Shown: positions 1-13,040, numbered from the whole stretch's first letter. The stretch: DNA of 63,028 bases, filler included, from Lenisia limosa (GCA_001655205.1; 7 parts of 7 records of this genome joined end to end with filler, not necessarily neighbours in it); one strand, 5' to 3'. Program-made: numbers and translations. The notes: generated by a model from the sequence alone, not told the origin.

Positions 1-40
1 CCCCCCCCCCCCAATCTCCTCTCATCACCGGACCCACCAG

Positions 41-416
41 CCATGAGAGCCATATTGTCAGAGAACGTGCCAACGGTTACTGAAAAATAAAATGTCGGTT
101 CAAATGTACCAGTTTTCCTCCCTGGTTCATGTAAGCCCTTTGTAACTTCGGGGTGTTAACAATGGTGTAATAGTTTATGGTGCTCGAAGAGAGAGTATGT
201 GGTCACAAGAGGCCTCCAGCAGATTGCAAAGATGAACGTTAATGAATGTGGATATGGTGTTTTCCAATCAGAAATAGTTTTTATCATGCTATATTATAAA
301 TTTAGATAGAAGAAACAACAAAAAGCGCCTTGTATGAGCTAGACACATGGGAAAAGTGGATCAAAGACCTCAAACCTTCTTACTTCTCCAAGAATTATAT
401 TAAAGTAGCTTCTTAA
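41..416 (+). CDS. 3' end of a multi-exon gene of unknown function (truncated by window start)
   Basis: Manual splicing of four GT-AG-bounded exons gives AMRAILSENVPT/FSSLVH/REYVVTRGLQQIAKMN/IEETTKSALYELDTWEKWIKDLKPSYFSKNYIKVAS* with TAA at 414-416. No family recognised. Confidence 0.45.
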
Positions 417-587
417 TAAATGTATTTAGTCACAAAATTACAAAATTATTCAATTCGCATTTGTCAATTATTTGTTAATCGAAAACTAATATCGAATATT
501 TTCGAGGGAACTGATAGAACATTGATGGAAGACTAGATAGTCTTTGCGTTTTTACTTAATCATTCCTTTTCCAATGTTCAAAAGGAG

Positions 588-1476
588 ATGAATGCAGTCG
601 CTGAGTTTGTACGCCACCTCAAAGAGGCCGCACAGAAGGAGGTGGGCATGATATGTGATATATTATTCATAGCAATGAGAAATAAAAAATAAGTTTGTAT
701 CTGTGATAGTATATAGATTTCATAAATATGTATATCCCTTATAGTGTTTATTTAAATGTAATCTAGTTTACATAATTGTGTATATGTATGTATGCACTCC
801 TTTTTGGTCGACAGAAGGGGTTGAAGGAAGGAAGCGTCGCTGAAATGCGGAGATGACTCCTCCGCCTTTTGACTCTTCAGGATGTTGCACGTCTTTTGGA
901 GGTGTTGGACTACATTGAAATGCTCACAGTCACCAAAAGCAAACTGCAGGTATGTCTGGACGCAAATGATATGAAAGACAGAAAGTATATGAAGAGACTT
1001 TCGTACTCATGGGCATGATGGTACTAGCTGAACAATTTTTGTATCACATTTCAAATTCGTAACAATGTTCATTTCGCCTTGTGGCAATCGGGTATAGCAT
1101 TCTTCTTTGGCAAAGCACAGGGAACCCAGCAAATTATTCCGCAGGCCTCTGGGTTGTTAGACATGATGACAAGTTTGGAGACCCATTCGCATCCATTAAT
1201 TCGCCAGCGAAGGTTTGTGGTTGTTTTATGTATTGATTAACCGATCATGGTGTGGCTCCGGTCAGATTCAAGCTTTTTCATGTATAAACATTTAGTTATC
1301 TATTTGTTGGTCCTGTATTTATCAACTAATTATAAATATTCATGGGAAGCACTGATATGTGTAGCAAAATGAGAATTTGCAGAATATGAGATCTGATATT
1401 CACTTTTTGCATGATTTTACGTTGACCCTTTAGTTTGGAAACAATTGCACAATGGAAGAGTCAGGAGTTAGTATGA
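588..1476 (+). CDS. Small TFIIS N-terminal (LW/Med26-like) domain protein, 4 exons
   Basis: Spliced product MNAVAEFVRHLKEAAQKE/DVARLLEVLDYIEMLTVTKSKLQ/ASGLLDMMTSLETHSHPLIRQR/SLETIAQWKSQELV* follows the TFIIS-N helical pattern (L..L..l.vT...L...g......L..H....I......i..WK). All junctions are GT-AG and in frame. Confidence 0.7.
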
Positions 1477-1873
1477 AGCATGAAGATACTGACATACTCC
1501 ATATAGCACACTTGGTTTGAAATGGGGAATTGACGAATTTACTGTTCTGTCTGCTACATGCCGTTGTTGTTTGTGTTAACTATTGTCTTTTAATGTAATT
1601 TTATTTTGTATCGTAATCAGTGGACGTTGAAAATTCTTACATTTGAACAAACTAACTACACGCCTTTGATAATACATTGATCCGTTCATCCTGCTTATAC
1701 ACCTTGTTATGCATGATACATCTCAGGTATTCATGGCTCCACGTTGCCACAATTACGAATGGCAATTGTTGAAGTGCATACCGCCATCACAAATGGTCCA
1801 AGAATCTGGGGAGTGTATTGAAGAAACACCTATAAAAAAAAAAATTACCCTATTTCGAAGAAAACCTTTCGCT

Positions 1874-4800
1874 CTACGTGCAGCACCCAGAGGGAACCTT
1901 TTGTGTGAGAATACAAAGGTAAAATTTTTATCAGCTACACACACATCTGGAACAGATTATAGAGAAAATCAGTAGTTCCCAGTCTGAAAGAAGTAACCAG
2001 AATGTTGTTTATTCTATGATACCAAGGACAATGGATATGTCACTGATATGTTTGTGCATTTGGACTTGTTGGTCAATCTTTGTTTTAACTATCCTCAAAA
2101 AGTGGTTTAGCATCAAAACCCAACCTGGAATCGAACTTCAAGACTCATCAAACTCGCCAAGTCATTGAAGAACGACACATCAACTGCACTGCCAAATCCT
2201 TGGGGGGTGAAAAAACTTAGAATTAAGTGTGCAAAAACTCTTTATCCTGTGGCATGGTTATTCCTGTGATAGTGCTTTGCACCATATTGGTATCAAAAAT
2301 ATAAGCGCTTGGTAATCCTTTGATCATTTATTTGTAGCTCGTGGTGATCATTGGCCTCTTGCTAACCTATTGGTTTGAGAGTTGTAGAGTCCAGAAGGGT
2401 CCCGGTATAGGTGTCATTGAGAGTCAAAAGGTGGTTCACCACCCGGGTATTTAGGCAGCTGAAGTATCTACAAACACAGTTAGACAAATGTATACAATAC
2501 CAATACACTAATTATTGAGTAGATAAGAGGACGTTCTCGCCAAAACGCCAAAACATTCCCAACACAAACAATTGATGGAAGAGACCCCCCACGTCCAAGC
2601 AGAGAAATCACCAACCTTGCAAGGGAGTACTCCACTGAAGCTTCAGACTCATCAATGTCGATTTTCTTACTCGCCTCCACCACTTCACCTGGAGGATGAG
2701 GAGGGTAAATGGGAATATGTATAATTTATCACATATGAATCAAATATTATAACCCAAAATATCGGAATATATGAGCTGACAACACCAAAGATTAAATAAG
2801 CCAGTCATGGCTTTGCCTCTGTAGCAATCCCAACTTACTCAAAGACTTGAACATAGCCGCATCCGACGCTGATGGGCCGAGAGGGGAGAACTGGTCTGTA
2901 TCCCCGATATCTGAAAGGCGATTACAGTCTATATTTTGGGGAAACATTGTAAGGTGATAATATGTATTGCATATATGAGGTCTTCAGGTAACAATTGGGT
3001 CTTCAGGTAACAATTGACAAAAGGAGAACAACATTCATACCAATGAAATCATCATGTAGTGAAAAAAAGTTATAAAAACAGACCTCCAATCTTGAGCTCA
3101 TTTCGATTCACTATGAGAAGGTCCCATGATTTAGTTTTGATGCCATATATCAAGTCCGTGGAACCTAAAAGATGAATATTTGGAAATTTGGAGTCACATA
3201 GGAAGCTATAGGAAGAAGAAATTCGTGATGATACCAATGTCTTCAAAAAATAATGATCGTATCTGAGAAGAATTCTTGTTATTCGCACCCACAGGCAATG
3301 TAACATGTCTCAGGCAGGGAGTCAATATCACCAACTCTGCAAGGTTAGAATTACGGAATTACTTCAATTGATAATCAAGGGATTGTCTCAATACTCATAA
3401 ATGAAAAAGAATTGGTTTCAACATGCCTCCAAACTATAAATCATGTGCATATCAATAGTCAACATCACGTTAGTTTGGCTCCACCCACGAAACGTAGAAA
3501 AGGGGGTCAATAGGCCGCACGTGCTCCCATCCGACACTTGAATGTGCACCCAATTGGCAAGAAGCAAACACTAAGATATCAGATTACTAAAAGATATCCA
3601 AGAACCCCCTCCCCCCCGCGAAGCATTCTGCTTGCAAGTTACATTCCTATCTGCTCCAGTCCAGCCATCCAACCAGAAGCTGCTAGACGAGTTACTGGAG
3701 GAGCATCCATTATCATAAGGCGTTGCCGCAACATTACTGCGCGCCAAACTCTAGAATCATAAAAGTAGCACCAGAAAAATAATATGATATTATATGATAT
3801 AGTAACGACTGAACGTCTATACTCAATAAACATCAACATTGGAAAAAAGGATGGAAAAATACTGCAAGAATGAAACGGTAAAGGTGAGCTGACCTGAACA
3901 AATCCTTTTCAAGGTGTCTGAACATACTGTAGAGTCCCCCGTGTCTCAAAAAAGAAATCTTCAGTGTGACAAGTTCAACAAACAGGTGAGAATGGGGACA
4001 GTTTAAATTTCATTAAAACATACCAAAGAAGTGGTAGTGGGCATGATAACCTCTAGAGAGCTTGGTAGCTGGACCTAAAGGGTAAAAAAGAGGAAATATT
4101 CTGAATTAGTGTAGAGAGCATATTGATCACTTTCACTTTATTATAAGAGAGCAATCCATTATGTCAAGAAATGATATTGATCTACTATGAGTTAAACATT
4201 TCTTTAATCTTATCCCCCAATAATAGCCCCACTGATTTCCACGGTTGATGGGAATCTTCGCTTGTATCTTTGGTTTTATACTTCTTGAAATACTCCTCCA
4301 GAGGCTCGGTTGACGGATCCAGAGTCAGCCGTCTGAATAATAATTGAAAATGAAGGGTAATAATATTTGTACGTTAACCATGTAATGATCGCTATAGCAG
4401 TCCCCCCCCCCCACTCTGCCTGCTGAGCAAGCCAATCAATGTGCGGTGAGAGAGTGAAGAGGGATTTGGAAGCAAGCGAGCATGACCGAACAATGGAGCC
4501 TCTCTGAGCCTTATCCTATGAGGGTTAATCTCTGAGCCTTTCAACAAAATCACGCATACTGACCCATCGGAAAATATCAATATTACTAATAGTCAGATTC
4601 AAAACGGAAAAAATCTCTTAATAGCCCTAATGTACAATCTATGGTTTGCAAGTAGTTTCTCAGATTCCAAAAGGCGCAAAACCAAAGAAAAGAACATTTT
4701 AACAAAAGCTCACCGATTGGTCATTTCTTCGATACAGTACTGAAATGACAAACTCGCCCAGAGACGTCCTTGTGTACACCAGGTCGTAGCTCTCATTGTG

Positions 4801-5678
4801 AGCGCCGCTCGGAATCACTCGAAAGTCCACCCCTGCTCAATAACCCAAATAGAATAGTTTTCATGCAATGCATTTCATCACAATCACCCCCAGCACAGCA
4901 CCATCACCCCCACCTAGCACAGCACCATCACCCCGCTCTCTCACCATCTAGTCCGTGGGCGTTTGGCAGCGACCACACCACTTCATTGCCTCTGATCGCG
5001 TCGAAACTGCACACAAAGATTCGGGTCAAGCTAGACGTGGCTGGAGGGGGCCCAAGAATTTGGTCCTGGGGAGATGAGAAAACACAGAAGTCTGGTTAGT
5101 CTGCGATACAGTACTCCATCGAAAATCCGTCATTTTGGGAGAGAGGTAAATTGCTTGCCAGAAATCATAGAAACAGCCCCAATGGCAGAAGCACCATACG
5201 GAAGTATTGATGGAGCCTGGGGGAGCAGTGACTGGTGCAAGGCTTGTGTATTCCACTGGGCTCTGCTCAGGTCAGGAATCGGATTCGAAAATACTATTAA
5301 TATCATAAAGAGATTTGTAGAAAATGAAGCCCATCAGAGAAACTTCAAGTTGTAAGCTGATATAGATTGAGGAGAAAAGGAGAAAAGATAAAACCCGGTC
5401 CAGTAAAAAGACTGAAGAATCCTAACCCATCAAACCAGAATTGGTGGAGGGGACATCAGAAGGCGATGGTGTAGTAGGTCATCTCGCGAATCCCTATGTG
5501 GCTTAAATGACATAGCAACATTAAACAAATTGATAAAATAAAAAGAAGAAAACAAAAATGAGCAAGGCGGATGAGTTGATTAAAGAAATGAAAAGAGTCA
5601 TGCAAAATTGTATAATAATGCAATAAACTGAAACACAATTCTCCAAACCGACCCATCATCATAGTCTTCCTGATTCAT
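1874..5678 (-). CDS. DENND11: DENND11/LCHN (KIAA1147, DUF2347)-like DENN-family protein, multi-exon
   Basis: Exons translate to IFVCSFDAIRGNEVVWSLPNAHGLD/GVDFRVIPSGAHNESYDLVY, DKAQRGSIVRSCSLASKSLFTLSPHIDWLAQQAE/RLTLDP and C-terminal VSFFNDLASLMSLEVRFQ/VPSGCCT*, matching my recollection of DENND11 motifs (F....GN...W.LP....l.GVeFk...SG.H). Start ATG tentative. Confidence 0.75.
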
Positions 5679-6170
5679 AAGGAGTGGCTGCTTGTCTATC
5701 ACCATTGAGCNNNNNNNNNNAGAGAATTCTGCCTGTACATCGATTAAAGAGACAGGGTGTATGGAAATTTGATAAGTAAGGTACCAGTAATGATACTTAT
5801 TATAATTATAATTCAGGCTAATTTTATTATGAATGCCGTAGACAACAAATAAGCATAGTTTAAAAATCTCAATCATCACCTTTTCAATTGAACTATAGAA
5901 AGCAATCTGATATGTGGGGGGGGGGGGGCTTTAGNNNNNNNNNNNNNNNNNNNNNNNNNNNNNNNNNNNNNNNTTAATAATGTTGTCGTGGATGCGGGCG
6001 GTCCTTAGGGGACAGAATGAGAACGATTTTGAAAATTTTGAGCGAAATGCGGTCGCGTTGCTATAATGCGGCCTCGGGGGATATGATTTTATATCGATAT
6101 TTATCGACATTTATCGGAAAATAGAAATTTAATCACTAACAGCTTTAAAATATGTTTCTTATTTTTTGTC

Positions 6171-6243
6171 GGGGATGTAGCTCAAGTGGTAGAGCGCTCG
6201 CTTAGCATGCGAGAGGCACTGGGATCGATGCCCAGCTTCTCCA
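6171..6243 (+). tRNA. trnA-AGC: tRNA-Ala, anticodon AGC
   Basis: GGGGATGTAGCTCAAGTGGTAGAGCGCTCGCTTAGCATGCGAGAGGCACTGGGATCGATGCCCAGCTTCTCCA. Cloverleaf with G3:U70 alanine identity pair, anticodon stem CTCGC/GCGAG, loop TTAGCAT, and A/B boxes. 73 nt, no intron. Confidence 0.97.
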
Positions 6244-6251
6244 TTTTTTTT
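6244..6251 (+). terminator. RNA polymerase III terminator (T8)
   Basis: Run of 8 T immediately after the tRNA discriminator base. Confidence 0.85.
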
Positions 6252-6382
6252 ATTTAAATTTCCCTTTTTTAATGTTTTTTCGCAGGGTCTTTTCTTTTTT
6301 TTTTACTGTTTCTTATTTACCTAGTTAAGTAGTTAAGCCATATCGTTTCTAGGATAGGCTTGCTTTGTAGGGTTCTCTAAAG

Positions 6383-9300
6383 ATGGGTCACGAACGTGTA
6401 TGCGCGGTTTTGGAAGAGATAAACAGTTTAGCATATATCACTAACAAATTTAGGGTGAAGGAAGAAGCGAGAGGCGGCATAGGTATGTTTTTCTTTTGTC
6501 CCCCCTCTTCACTAAAACATTTCTCACTCTTTCAGGTCTCGCTCTCCTAGACGTCGTCGTTCAAGGAGTAGGTCCCCCAGATCAAGCCGAAGCCGGTCAG
6601 TTTAGCCTTTGTAGGATAACTTTTTATATCTGTAGCCGTGAGGAGCGCAGTTCTGGTCGTGATTATGAGAGATCTGAAAGAAGTGAACGTTCTTCAAGGT
6701 CGGAATCCTCCTCAACTCCAGCTGAACGCAAACTCACTCCCCCAATTCCGGAGCCATTTGGCGAAGATGAGCATGCCCAGGATGCTGGCAAGACAAAGGA
6801 TCAGCTTGAAGACGGTTTGGAGGGAATCTAGTATTTCTTTGCACTATTTTGAATAGTTTTTTGTCACTTCGCTTTGATTCTCACTGTTTTAGAGCGCATC
6901 CAACAACAATATGAACGTGATTTGAGGTTTGTGGGACAATTGAATGGATCTTTCGTGTAGCTAATCTTTTATTGCAAAGATCCTTCCTTCTATGTGTGTA
7001 CTTCTTTTCCCCCCTTGTTCTTCTAATAGTATATTAACCTGATAAGTTCAAGGTACATGTTACTTTTTTATTGTGAAAAAGTTGAAGTGGTGGTGGTGGT
7101 TGAATTCATTGAACTCTCTTTTGAACAAACCTCACCTTCAGAACTATTATTGTCTTGAATCTCCACCACGATGCCACTGAAGATGACATTTTCCTGTTTA
7201 TGGAAAAACATGCCGGAAAGGTGGGTGGGGGTGAAATAAGGGAATAAGAGATTGAGAGAAGCAGCGTGATTTGTATAATCCTTTGACTCACTTTTTAGGT
7301 TCGTGATGTCCGTCTTATTACCGACAAAACATCAAGAAGATCCAAAGGTAGACAAGGAGTAAGAGTCCATTTTTGTAGTTTTATTCCACTGATCACTGAT
7401 GCTATTTGCCCCTAATTCAGTTATCGGATACTGGCATTTTTAAGATGATACGGACCGCATATCATTACCTCATTTCGTAGGAATGGCTTACGTTGAATTT
7501 TACCAAAGAGAAGCTGTTGGCCCGGCACTCTCCCTCACTGGTAGGGGGGGGGGGGTCTTAGGGTAATGTATATACCTCTTNNNNNNNNNNNNNNNNNNNN
7601 NNNNNNNNNNNNNNNNNNNNNNNNNNNNGAGGTGGTCTCATTTTATGACTCTTCAGGCCAACGAATCAACAACAAACCTGTTGTCATCCAGCTTTCTCAG
7701 GTTGGTTTTTGCCCGTGTGGATTGTGCCAACAATTATTACTCAATGACGTGATGGAAGGAATGCTTTGGTCAGCAACAAGTAGGGCTTCCCCTCGGTTCA
7801 AAAAAAGTCGATATTTTACCGGTTTTTGAATCGAAGTGAAGCCCAAGCAACAAGGTTAAGTATTTCTCATTACTTCAGCATATCGACAGCCATTTAACTT
7901 ACCCACAGCATATTGGGTTGAAGCATTTTCGTTCATCTTAGATTGAGAACGTTGCCACTCACACATCAGGCCGAGAAGAACCTTGAGGCTGAAATTGCCG
8001 CCCGCGCCGCCCAGAAGTTAACAGAAGCAGTCGGTGAAACTGCCCGCATCCGTATCGACAACCTCAACCCCCAGCTCACCGGCAGGGATGTGCGTGACGT
8101 CTTCGCTCATTTCGGCGAGGTTAGAGGGGTGAAGGGTAACTGTGGGGGGGGAAGGACGGGGTTGTTGCCACGCTAGTCATCCAACACCGTTCATTGTGTT
8201 TTTTTTGCTTCTACAATCCCCCTTTACCCCTTCTGCACTGACCAGCCAGGTTCTGGATATTGTCATGGCAATCGACGAGCAGACTGGTGTGCCTAAGGGC
8301 TATGCCTTCATTCAGTTCCGTAAGATGGTAGATGCCGATACCGCCATTACGTCCCTCCATAACCAGGTGGTCGCGTGCCATGTCGTCCGNNNNNNNNNNN
8401 NNNNNNNNNNNNNNNNNNNNNNNNNNNNNNNNNNNNNNNNNNNNNNNNNNNNNNNNNNNNNNNNNNNNNNNNNNNNNNNNNNNNNNNNNNNNNNNNNNNN
8501 NNNNNNNNNGTTTTGAAACAATAATGGTGGATCACCCACTCCCTCCATTTTCTTCATTCTCCTTACCCTACAGGTGCGCCATGCCAGTCCTGCCGACACT
8601 GATAACCTCACGAGCTGTCTGAAGGAAAACGTCCGTAGCGGAAACGCGGGAATCAGTAACCTTGGCCAGGTTTCACTCATGGCTAGTTTCACAAGTAAGT
8701 TGGTTTGAAGCTATCCTCATTACCATTNNNNNNNNNNNNNNNNNNNNNNNNNNNNNNNNNNNNNNNNNNNNNNNNNNNNNNNNNNNNNNNNNNNNNNNNN
8801 NNNNNNNNNNNNNNNNNNNNNNNNNNNNNNNNNNNNNNNNNNNNNNNNNNNNTTGAGTACCACATCCATAAACCCTTAAAAGTAACGAGCTATTGGGCCT
8901 GGCTTGTTTTGTTTTTCAAACCCTTTTTGAACACTTTTTTTTTTCATAGATTCCTGTTTTCCCATGAACAGCCTTTTCACTTATAATCGTCATCTAAATT
9001 TCCTTCCTTTACCCCCTTCCACATTTATCTTCATGTATCCCAAACCAATATATATTTTATTTTTTCTCTCTCCATAAATTTTCCAATTTTACTCCCCCCA
9101 GACTTCCGCCTTCCAGACGTGCCGACGGTTAGCCAGGCCAGACGGAACCGAGCCGGCAACCCCCTTGACCAGCACCCCCACTACCAGTGCCTGCTCATCA
9201 GAAACTGCTTCAACCTTAGAGAGTATGCCAGGTCTCTATTTACTACGCTATTTTGTTTCCCGCTGATATATCGATTAATCGAGGGATAGACCAATAGTGC

Positions 9301-9894
9301 TTATTGGTGGCACCCTGATGATTGGATTTACGTTTTCAGGGAAATCAAGGACGGATGGGAGTTTGATGTTCGTGACGAGATTGTGGAGGAGTGCAGTAGA
9401 TACGGCCGTCTGACCCATGTCTTTGTTGACAGGACCTCCCAGGATGTAAGCACTTGTCCTTTTACTGTTAAAACGCTTCATTGCAGGATGAGGTTTTTAG
9501 TTCTTATCAATTTCAACCATGTATTTGGTGGATCTCAGGGGTAACTACACCAATTTCACCCATCAGGGACGAGTATACGTGCGGTTTGAGGAGCTGTCAG
9601 CAGCCAGAAGGGCGGCACCGGACATTAACCGTCGCTGGTTCGCTGGCAGACTGCTGAGTGTCGAGTTCGTCCGAGACGAGGTGAGCCAGAGGCAATATTC
9701 ATTTCCACATCTTCAGCACAAGTGCGTGGAAGCATTTCATGAGATAATAAACAGTCTTTTGTTGCTCACAACCTTAGGTGTATCTCCGTCGCTTCCCCAA
9801 CGCTTGTGACGAAGACGGCATTGAGTACGAGAAGGAGGGGAAGGAGCGCGAGAGGAGAGAAAAGGATAAGGAGCACGAAAAGAAAGACCACTAG
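6383..9894 (+). CDS. RBM39: RBM39/CAPER-alpha-like splicing factor (RS domain, RRM1, RRM2, UHM), multi-exon with N gaps
   Basis: N-terminal RSRSPRRRRSRSRSP; RRM1 ERDLR/TIIVLNL...AGK/VRDVRLITDKTSRRSK/GMAYVEF; QLSQ/AEKN linker; RRM2 IRIDNL...PKGYAFIQF; UHM CLLIRNCF...DVRDEIVEECSRYG...GRVYVRF...RRWFAGR. Ends TAG at 9892-9894. Confidence 0.92.
7783..7844. mobile_element. MITE family A, internally deleted copy in RBM39 intron
   Basis: GGGCTTCCCCTCGGTTCAAAAA...TTTTTGAATCGAAGTGAAGCCC terminal inverted repeats, with TA on the left. Confidence 0.8.
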
Positions 9895-10073
9895 CTGTTC
9901 GATGTAAATGTGTACCATTCGGTCTGGTGCTCCAATATGATATGACTTGAGTTTAATATTATGATGATGTTGAGTCAATATTGAGAATAGAGGTGGAATG
10001 GGAGGGGCGGACACTTGTACGGGTTAACAACTACAAATACAACTTCAAAACAAAAAAAGAAAGAAATACCACT

Positions 10074-13040
10074 TTAGGCCTCGAAAACGTAGTTCATCAG
10101 GAGGTCACGGCAAATTAAAACAAAAATACCCCAGGCGGCTTGAAGACCTAAAATGGTCAAAAGATGTGTGGTGAACTTGAATCTAACAGCTAGGACAGAG
10201 TAGCTTAATCATTTTTTGTCTTCCTTGTTTTGCATTATATGTAGATCATGTTGCATCCATACCCCACCAAGTAGAGAGGAGCAAAGCCGATCTTCCCTGT
10301 TGTTGCCAAACATTACAAGCCAGGCATTGATCAAAGTAAGGTTACCTAAAACGTGAGCCATTTGTCTCCACAACTAAAACAACATTTAAAGGGATCAACC
10401 GACATAATTCACGTCAATGTTGATGACGCCACCAATATCACAACCAAGCCCACCTGAAGACTTCAGCAAGCCTGTTTCGGGCACGTAAGTCGGAACGCGG
10501 TGGCGGGGGCAGTGAACAATGCCGAAGAGCTGGGGGAGCAGAATAAACCAAATTTTAGTGAATCCAATCTAGATGCTGTCCGGAACATTTCCTCTCTTCG
10601 TCATAATCAAAATATCCATCTCCCGATGAACACAATCAACAAAATGTACACCCACTTGAGGAATGGAGAGGAGGAAATTGAGGATCTGGGGACCAAATAG
10701 AAGGAGTACCGTCTAAGCAGGAAATCAGTAATGTAACATGGTGCATCATATCAGTTGATAAAAGTTGCAGGTTTATGAAATATGAAATAACGTGTAAAAA
10801 ATGAAACACTCAAGGATGCCCGAAAACACTATTCATTTTAGTGGAAAGAGAACACCAAGATAGCCATGACCAGATGGGAGAATAATTTACACTATCAATG
10901 ATTCTGACCTTGGACTGGTGGCCCAAAATGGCCACAACCGCGAGAGTGATTCCAGCAAAATAGGTAAACGTGTCGCCAACAAACACGCGAGATGGGTACC
11001 TTTACAATAATAAAAGGATTCAATCAACATTCTAATCTCTGTGGAATACTCAGGAGACGTACCAGTTATACTTCAGGAGTGCACATGTCACCGCAATGAA
11101 GGGCAAAATGATCATGAGCGAGAAGATCTGGAATAATATAGAATTATTGTAAGTGCAAGAAAATTGTAGTATTATATAAAATCTTGAGACGTGTTCCAGT
11201 AATGCAATCACTAAACCTTCGCAGGTCAGATGAAACTGAGAAATCTCGTAGTAGTATTATATCATAACAGTATTCATTTATTAAGACAGTACACCTCCTT
11301 CCAACCTGGGCATCTCTGAAGTCCCCAGTTGGCAGGTCGATGATGGAGACAACGTTGTGCAGAGCAACGCAAATGGCAATGATGAGACTCTACAACGTAA
11401 GCAAAGAATATCACAGGTAATCATAATACATCATTTGGAATTGTCGACAGCCCCACCTGTCCGGCTTCGAGTCCATTGATGCCTGCGTAGATATTGATTG
11501 CATTAGTTGCAAAGACCGAAATCATGCCGAGAAACACGTACATCAAGGCTCCTACGAAAAGGTTAAAATAGACACAATAATTTTGTTTGTCAACGGTAGT
11601 AGCACTGCCAACCAAGCTCAAAAGACACGGGGAGAAAACCATGGAGGAAAATGGGAACATTCAGGGTGGTGGGTCCAGCATAGGCGACCAAAAGAGGTAC
11701 GGAACCAACAGTCGGGAGAATGAGCTGACAACAGTTAGAGCTTTATCGAAATCCTTTAACAGTTAGAGCTTTATCGAATTCTTTTACACTGTAAATCAAT
11801 GGTAACAAAGTACAATCAAAGAAGCCATACATTCATATTTCATCAGCATCATCCGAGTGACCAACCTTATAACGCCATCTCAAGTCTAAAACGTCGTCCG
11901 CAAATCCGAGTAACACCTACAGCTGTCAATACTCGTGGGAATAAGAAGTGAAAAAAGGCTGTATCACCGAATCCGAAGTTTGGAAAAAAAAAAGAAGTTT
12001 GTTGAATATTTGGCGTGTTATGCTTCCAATTACGACACAGAGGTACTCACCATGAAACAGATGGAGGCAAGGGCAGCATTGAACATCACCAGTGATGATT
12101 GAAATGGTGAACGCTAAAGGCATAAAAACGACTCAACACATAATTTAATTGATGATATGTGTGTGCAACATAAGATAAAATATGTGAACAATGGCTCCTT
12201 TTCATAATAGAAAAACAAGAGTCCACCAATCAAACCTCCGTGACTTGGAAGACACTGAGTTGAAGGAGAGTGAGGACGAGGAGGTAAATGGCAGCTGGGA
12301 CAACCCCAAGTGCTTCAGGTCTAATATAGGGTCAATTGCGTATATATAGCAACGAGAAATAAAAAATAAGGTAGTATCTGGCCGAAGCCGTCCACACTAT
12401 CACGCTTATAAGATATATTGGATTATAGTATTATAGTATTATATTAATTCACCCAATCATTTGCCTTATAACTCTGTGCACACAGCTTTCTGCGTGTCTC
12501 CCCAGCATACAGAAGAATGATTCAATTAGCCCCAGCTTACACTTTAACTTTGTCATCTTTGGGTTTGTTGATGTCTCTACCCCATAACCCTGCCTTTTCT
12601 GTCAACTCTGCAATCTAAAGGGTGAGAATAAGACTTATAAACATCAACTTGAGTAGCACCAACTTGGGGAATGAGGGAAACAGTCATCCAGTATGCTCCG
12701 ACCGCCAGGGAAATGTTGAGCAAACTGTGGAATGCAATTGAAATCCTAAAAAGTATCAGAGAGGAATAACAAAAAATAGAGGAACTTAACAAAGGGAGAT
12801 TGGTAATTCTCTTTAAGTGAGCTCGGAGGAAAAAAGAACAGTTAGATGAAGGCAGTTCTCCATGAGCAAAAAAGCAAAAGGGCTCCAGACAATCACAGTG
12901 AATCACATAAGAATGGGTTCCTACAGATGAGCTTGGCTACGGTCATAGATGAGAGGGATCAACTTGCTATAGATGATAAAGACCATAAAACCGATAATCG
13001 GAAATGCTGCTACTTTACTGTCTCCTTGACATAATATCAT
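10074..13040 (-). CDS. DPAGT1: UDP-GlcNAc:dolichyl-phosphate GlcNAc-1-phosphate transferase
   Basis: [60 protein letters not shown], and C-terminal TLINAWL...[24 protein letters not shown] (TAA 10074-10076). Start codon tentative. Confidence 0.95.
12345..12490. repeat. Dispersed ~140-bp repeat family B, copy in DPAGT1 intron
   Basis: GCAACGAGAAATAAAAAATAAGGTAGTATCTGGCCGAAGCCGTCCACACTATCACGCTTATAAG...ATTCACCCAATCATTTGCCTTATAACTCTGTGCACAC; near-identical copies elsewhere. Confidence 0.9.
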
